Source: Octopus bimaculoides
Taxonomy: Eukaryota
Direction: 5' to 3'
NCBI RefSeq assembly: GCF_001194135.2
Contig: NC_068999.1
Coordinates: 22,207,021-22,271,020 of the forward strand
DNA length: 64,000 nucleotides
In this document: in pieces, positions 62,139 through 64,000 of the stretch
Layout: each line of letters begins with the position of its first letter
Position numbering within the stretch: the first letter of the stretch is position 1
The notes under the pieces: generated by a model
What the model was told of the DNA's origin: nothing
The model's database searches: none
The model's input: the letters and a program-made list of their open reading frames with translations, nothing else
Translations under genes and position numbers: made by a program

Positions 62139-62930
62139 ACACACACACGCGCGCACATGTATACATATATCACCATGCTTATAGTATACGTTTATAGTAA
62201 AGTTATTCTGTGGTTAGTAGTTATGCATTTCAAACTAGTACCTACAATTAAATTAGTCTGATCTGATATTATATGTATATATATAAAAAAATGAAGGTGT
62301 TGAAGTGTAGCAAGGAAGCAAAGAAAAAGTGTTAGTAAAAGGTAAGTGACTATTAGTTAAAAATTTGAAAAGTACTATTACTAAATATAATGAAATGCAG
62401 AAATAATCATAGGATAAAGACATTAGTATAATTCAAGTTTAAACTCTTATTTCAGGATTTCAAATCAAGACTGGCTTATATAAATCTTCTCTAGGTTACA
62501 GGAATTTTCAATATTTCTGGAATATGTCATGACTAGAACAAGAAACAGATGAAAATATTTCAGATAACAACCTGCTAATCTGGTGCCCAGTTTCCAAAAT
62601 TAAAGAACACTTTTGAAGTCCATTTTGAGGCTCTTGAAAATATGCAGGTACCCAACTGGATCATTTCTCCTGTTGAACTCTAAATGCAAAAGTATTGTTC
62701 AAAGGTAAAGGTCCTAGTAGTCTCTGAAATAGTGAAAGCACTGCAATCTAATATCCAAATCTTAGGGCAGGTGCTGATGCATTTTTACTCATATTTGCAA
62801 ACTGCAATTTGGTCAAAACTGAATTTAGCCAAATATAAAGCACAGTTAAGCAAATAAAAACTGGCAGAAAAAAAATCATCCTAGTAGTTTTTTCTATTAT
62901 TAGCAGTCACCAGGCCCATTCATTTCATTG
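60490..62930 (+). mobile_element. hAT (Buster/Charlie, ZBED5-like) transposase fossil with nested insertions
   Basis: Fragments in order: KCRQYSQKYLELGF; IARKK...IEKDIIAPAVKKVI...VIPLSNN...IDEM; LMAYVRC; DEFLF; AVATD; LLHTDVKCLSK; YLADIF; QVPNWIISP; HQAH.H at the end. Many stops and frameshifts. Confidence 0.8.
61414..61640 (-). mobile_element. piggyBac-like MITE inserted in the hAT fossil
   Basis: Reverse complement of the 37677 family: ttaacccttcagtatttagattattctgtc...gacattgtagggtaagtgtgagaggccagatc...tttaaatgctaag. Confidence 0.75.
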
Positions 62931-64000
62931 TGAGTCTAAAACTTCTTCAATGAAATAATATTTTGTTATCTTATTCATTTTATTGTCCTTTGCTGCATTA
63001 TCACGGTAACATCTGATTTTACTTTTCTCTTGACAGTTCTGAATGATTTTATATTTTCTTATTTTAAATATTCTATGCCAAGTGGAGTATTATTTATTTA
63101 AAAACCAGATTGTAAATGAAGTAGCTTTATCTATAAGTTACAATTCTACTATACTTAGTTTCTCTATTCATATACCATTAAACTAGAAATTTGAAAAAGG
63201 TATATCATTTTTAAAAAGTAGAGATCTTGGAAGATTATGCTCATATGGCAATCAAAGTTTATCGAATTCGAAAGTAGGTTTTTGCTATATTTACATTCAT
63301 AAAATCAATCAATTTCCAGTTTTTTCAATGATAAAGTACTATCCACCAACATTTTAAGTGATAAACTTTTGACATTAATAGAAAATAAAGGGAAATAAAT
63401 ATTTTGCAATACGATTTGTATTGTTCCCAATATCACTTATTTTCAACCAGAATGTAAGATAAACTTTGATTTCTAATGATTGATAATGTTAACATTTGAA
63501 ACATTTGTATATCATAGGTTATCCCCGATGAAAATAAGTTATTCAATGCCTTTTGAAATACTATGTATCATTCATTTTAAATTAAAACAGATTATTATTG
63601 ATAATAAGCCAATTTTATTAAAGTGCACATTAATCCACATTGAATTCACACCACTTAACTCTGAAAACACTGTACTATTTTACTGCATACGTCATAGAGA
63701 GGGGGTAAAGTTGGTGAAGGCTCAGTAATTCTGTGACAAAGGAGGGGTGTCAGCGCTTAAAAGTTTGAGAAGCCCTAATCTCTTAGCACAACCACTGCTT
63801 CTCTCACCCTTTGACTAATTCTCAATGTTTACCTTCCACCTGCATATACTTGAACAGAAGTGAGATTAACAGTTCCACTATTATTTAATACAAGGTTTTG
63901 TTAGTGTTTATATATGTATGCACAAATGCATGAAGCACGACCCTTTGTATCCTCTTCCATTATCCCATTACAGAAACCAACAAAAGTTATTTGGCCATTT

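Overview
AT-rich, repeat-dense eukaryotic (animal) genomic DNA from a gapped draft assembly (7 N-gaps); no prokaryotic operons or CRISPR arrays. From memory, not verified by search, the SINE/LINE/MITE landscape looks like coleoid cephalopod (Octopus-type) DNA. The only host coding sequence I can read is one 122-nt minus-strand exon (43709-43830) encoding the first half of the SH2 domain of a Src42A/FRK-type tyrosine kinase, so most of the window is probably intron of that gene. The edges of the 503-N gap at 4645-5147 look like the splice sites of the next exon. The rest is retroelement fossils (RTE, Rex3/Expander, CR1, R4/Dong-like LINEs; several tRNA-derived SINE families), a Buster/Charlie-type hAT transposase fossil, TTAA-flanked piggyBac-like MITEs, Helitron-like ends, microsatellites and three tRNA or tRNA-like loci. 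Most interesting object: a head-to-head palindromic element (about 23077-23480) joining tRNA-derived Pol III heads to Penelope-like tails, each arm carrying a minimal type I hammerhead ribozyme. Repeat boundaries are read by eye and approximate unless stated as exact.
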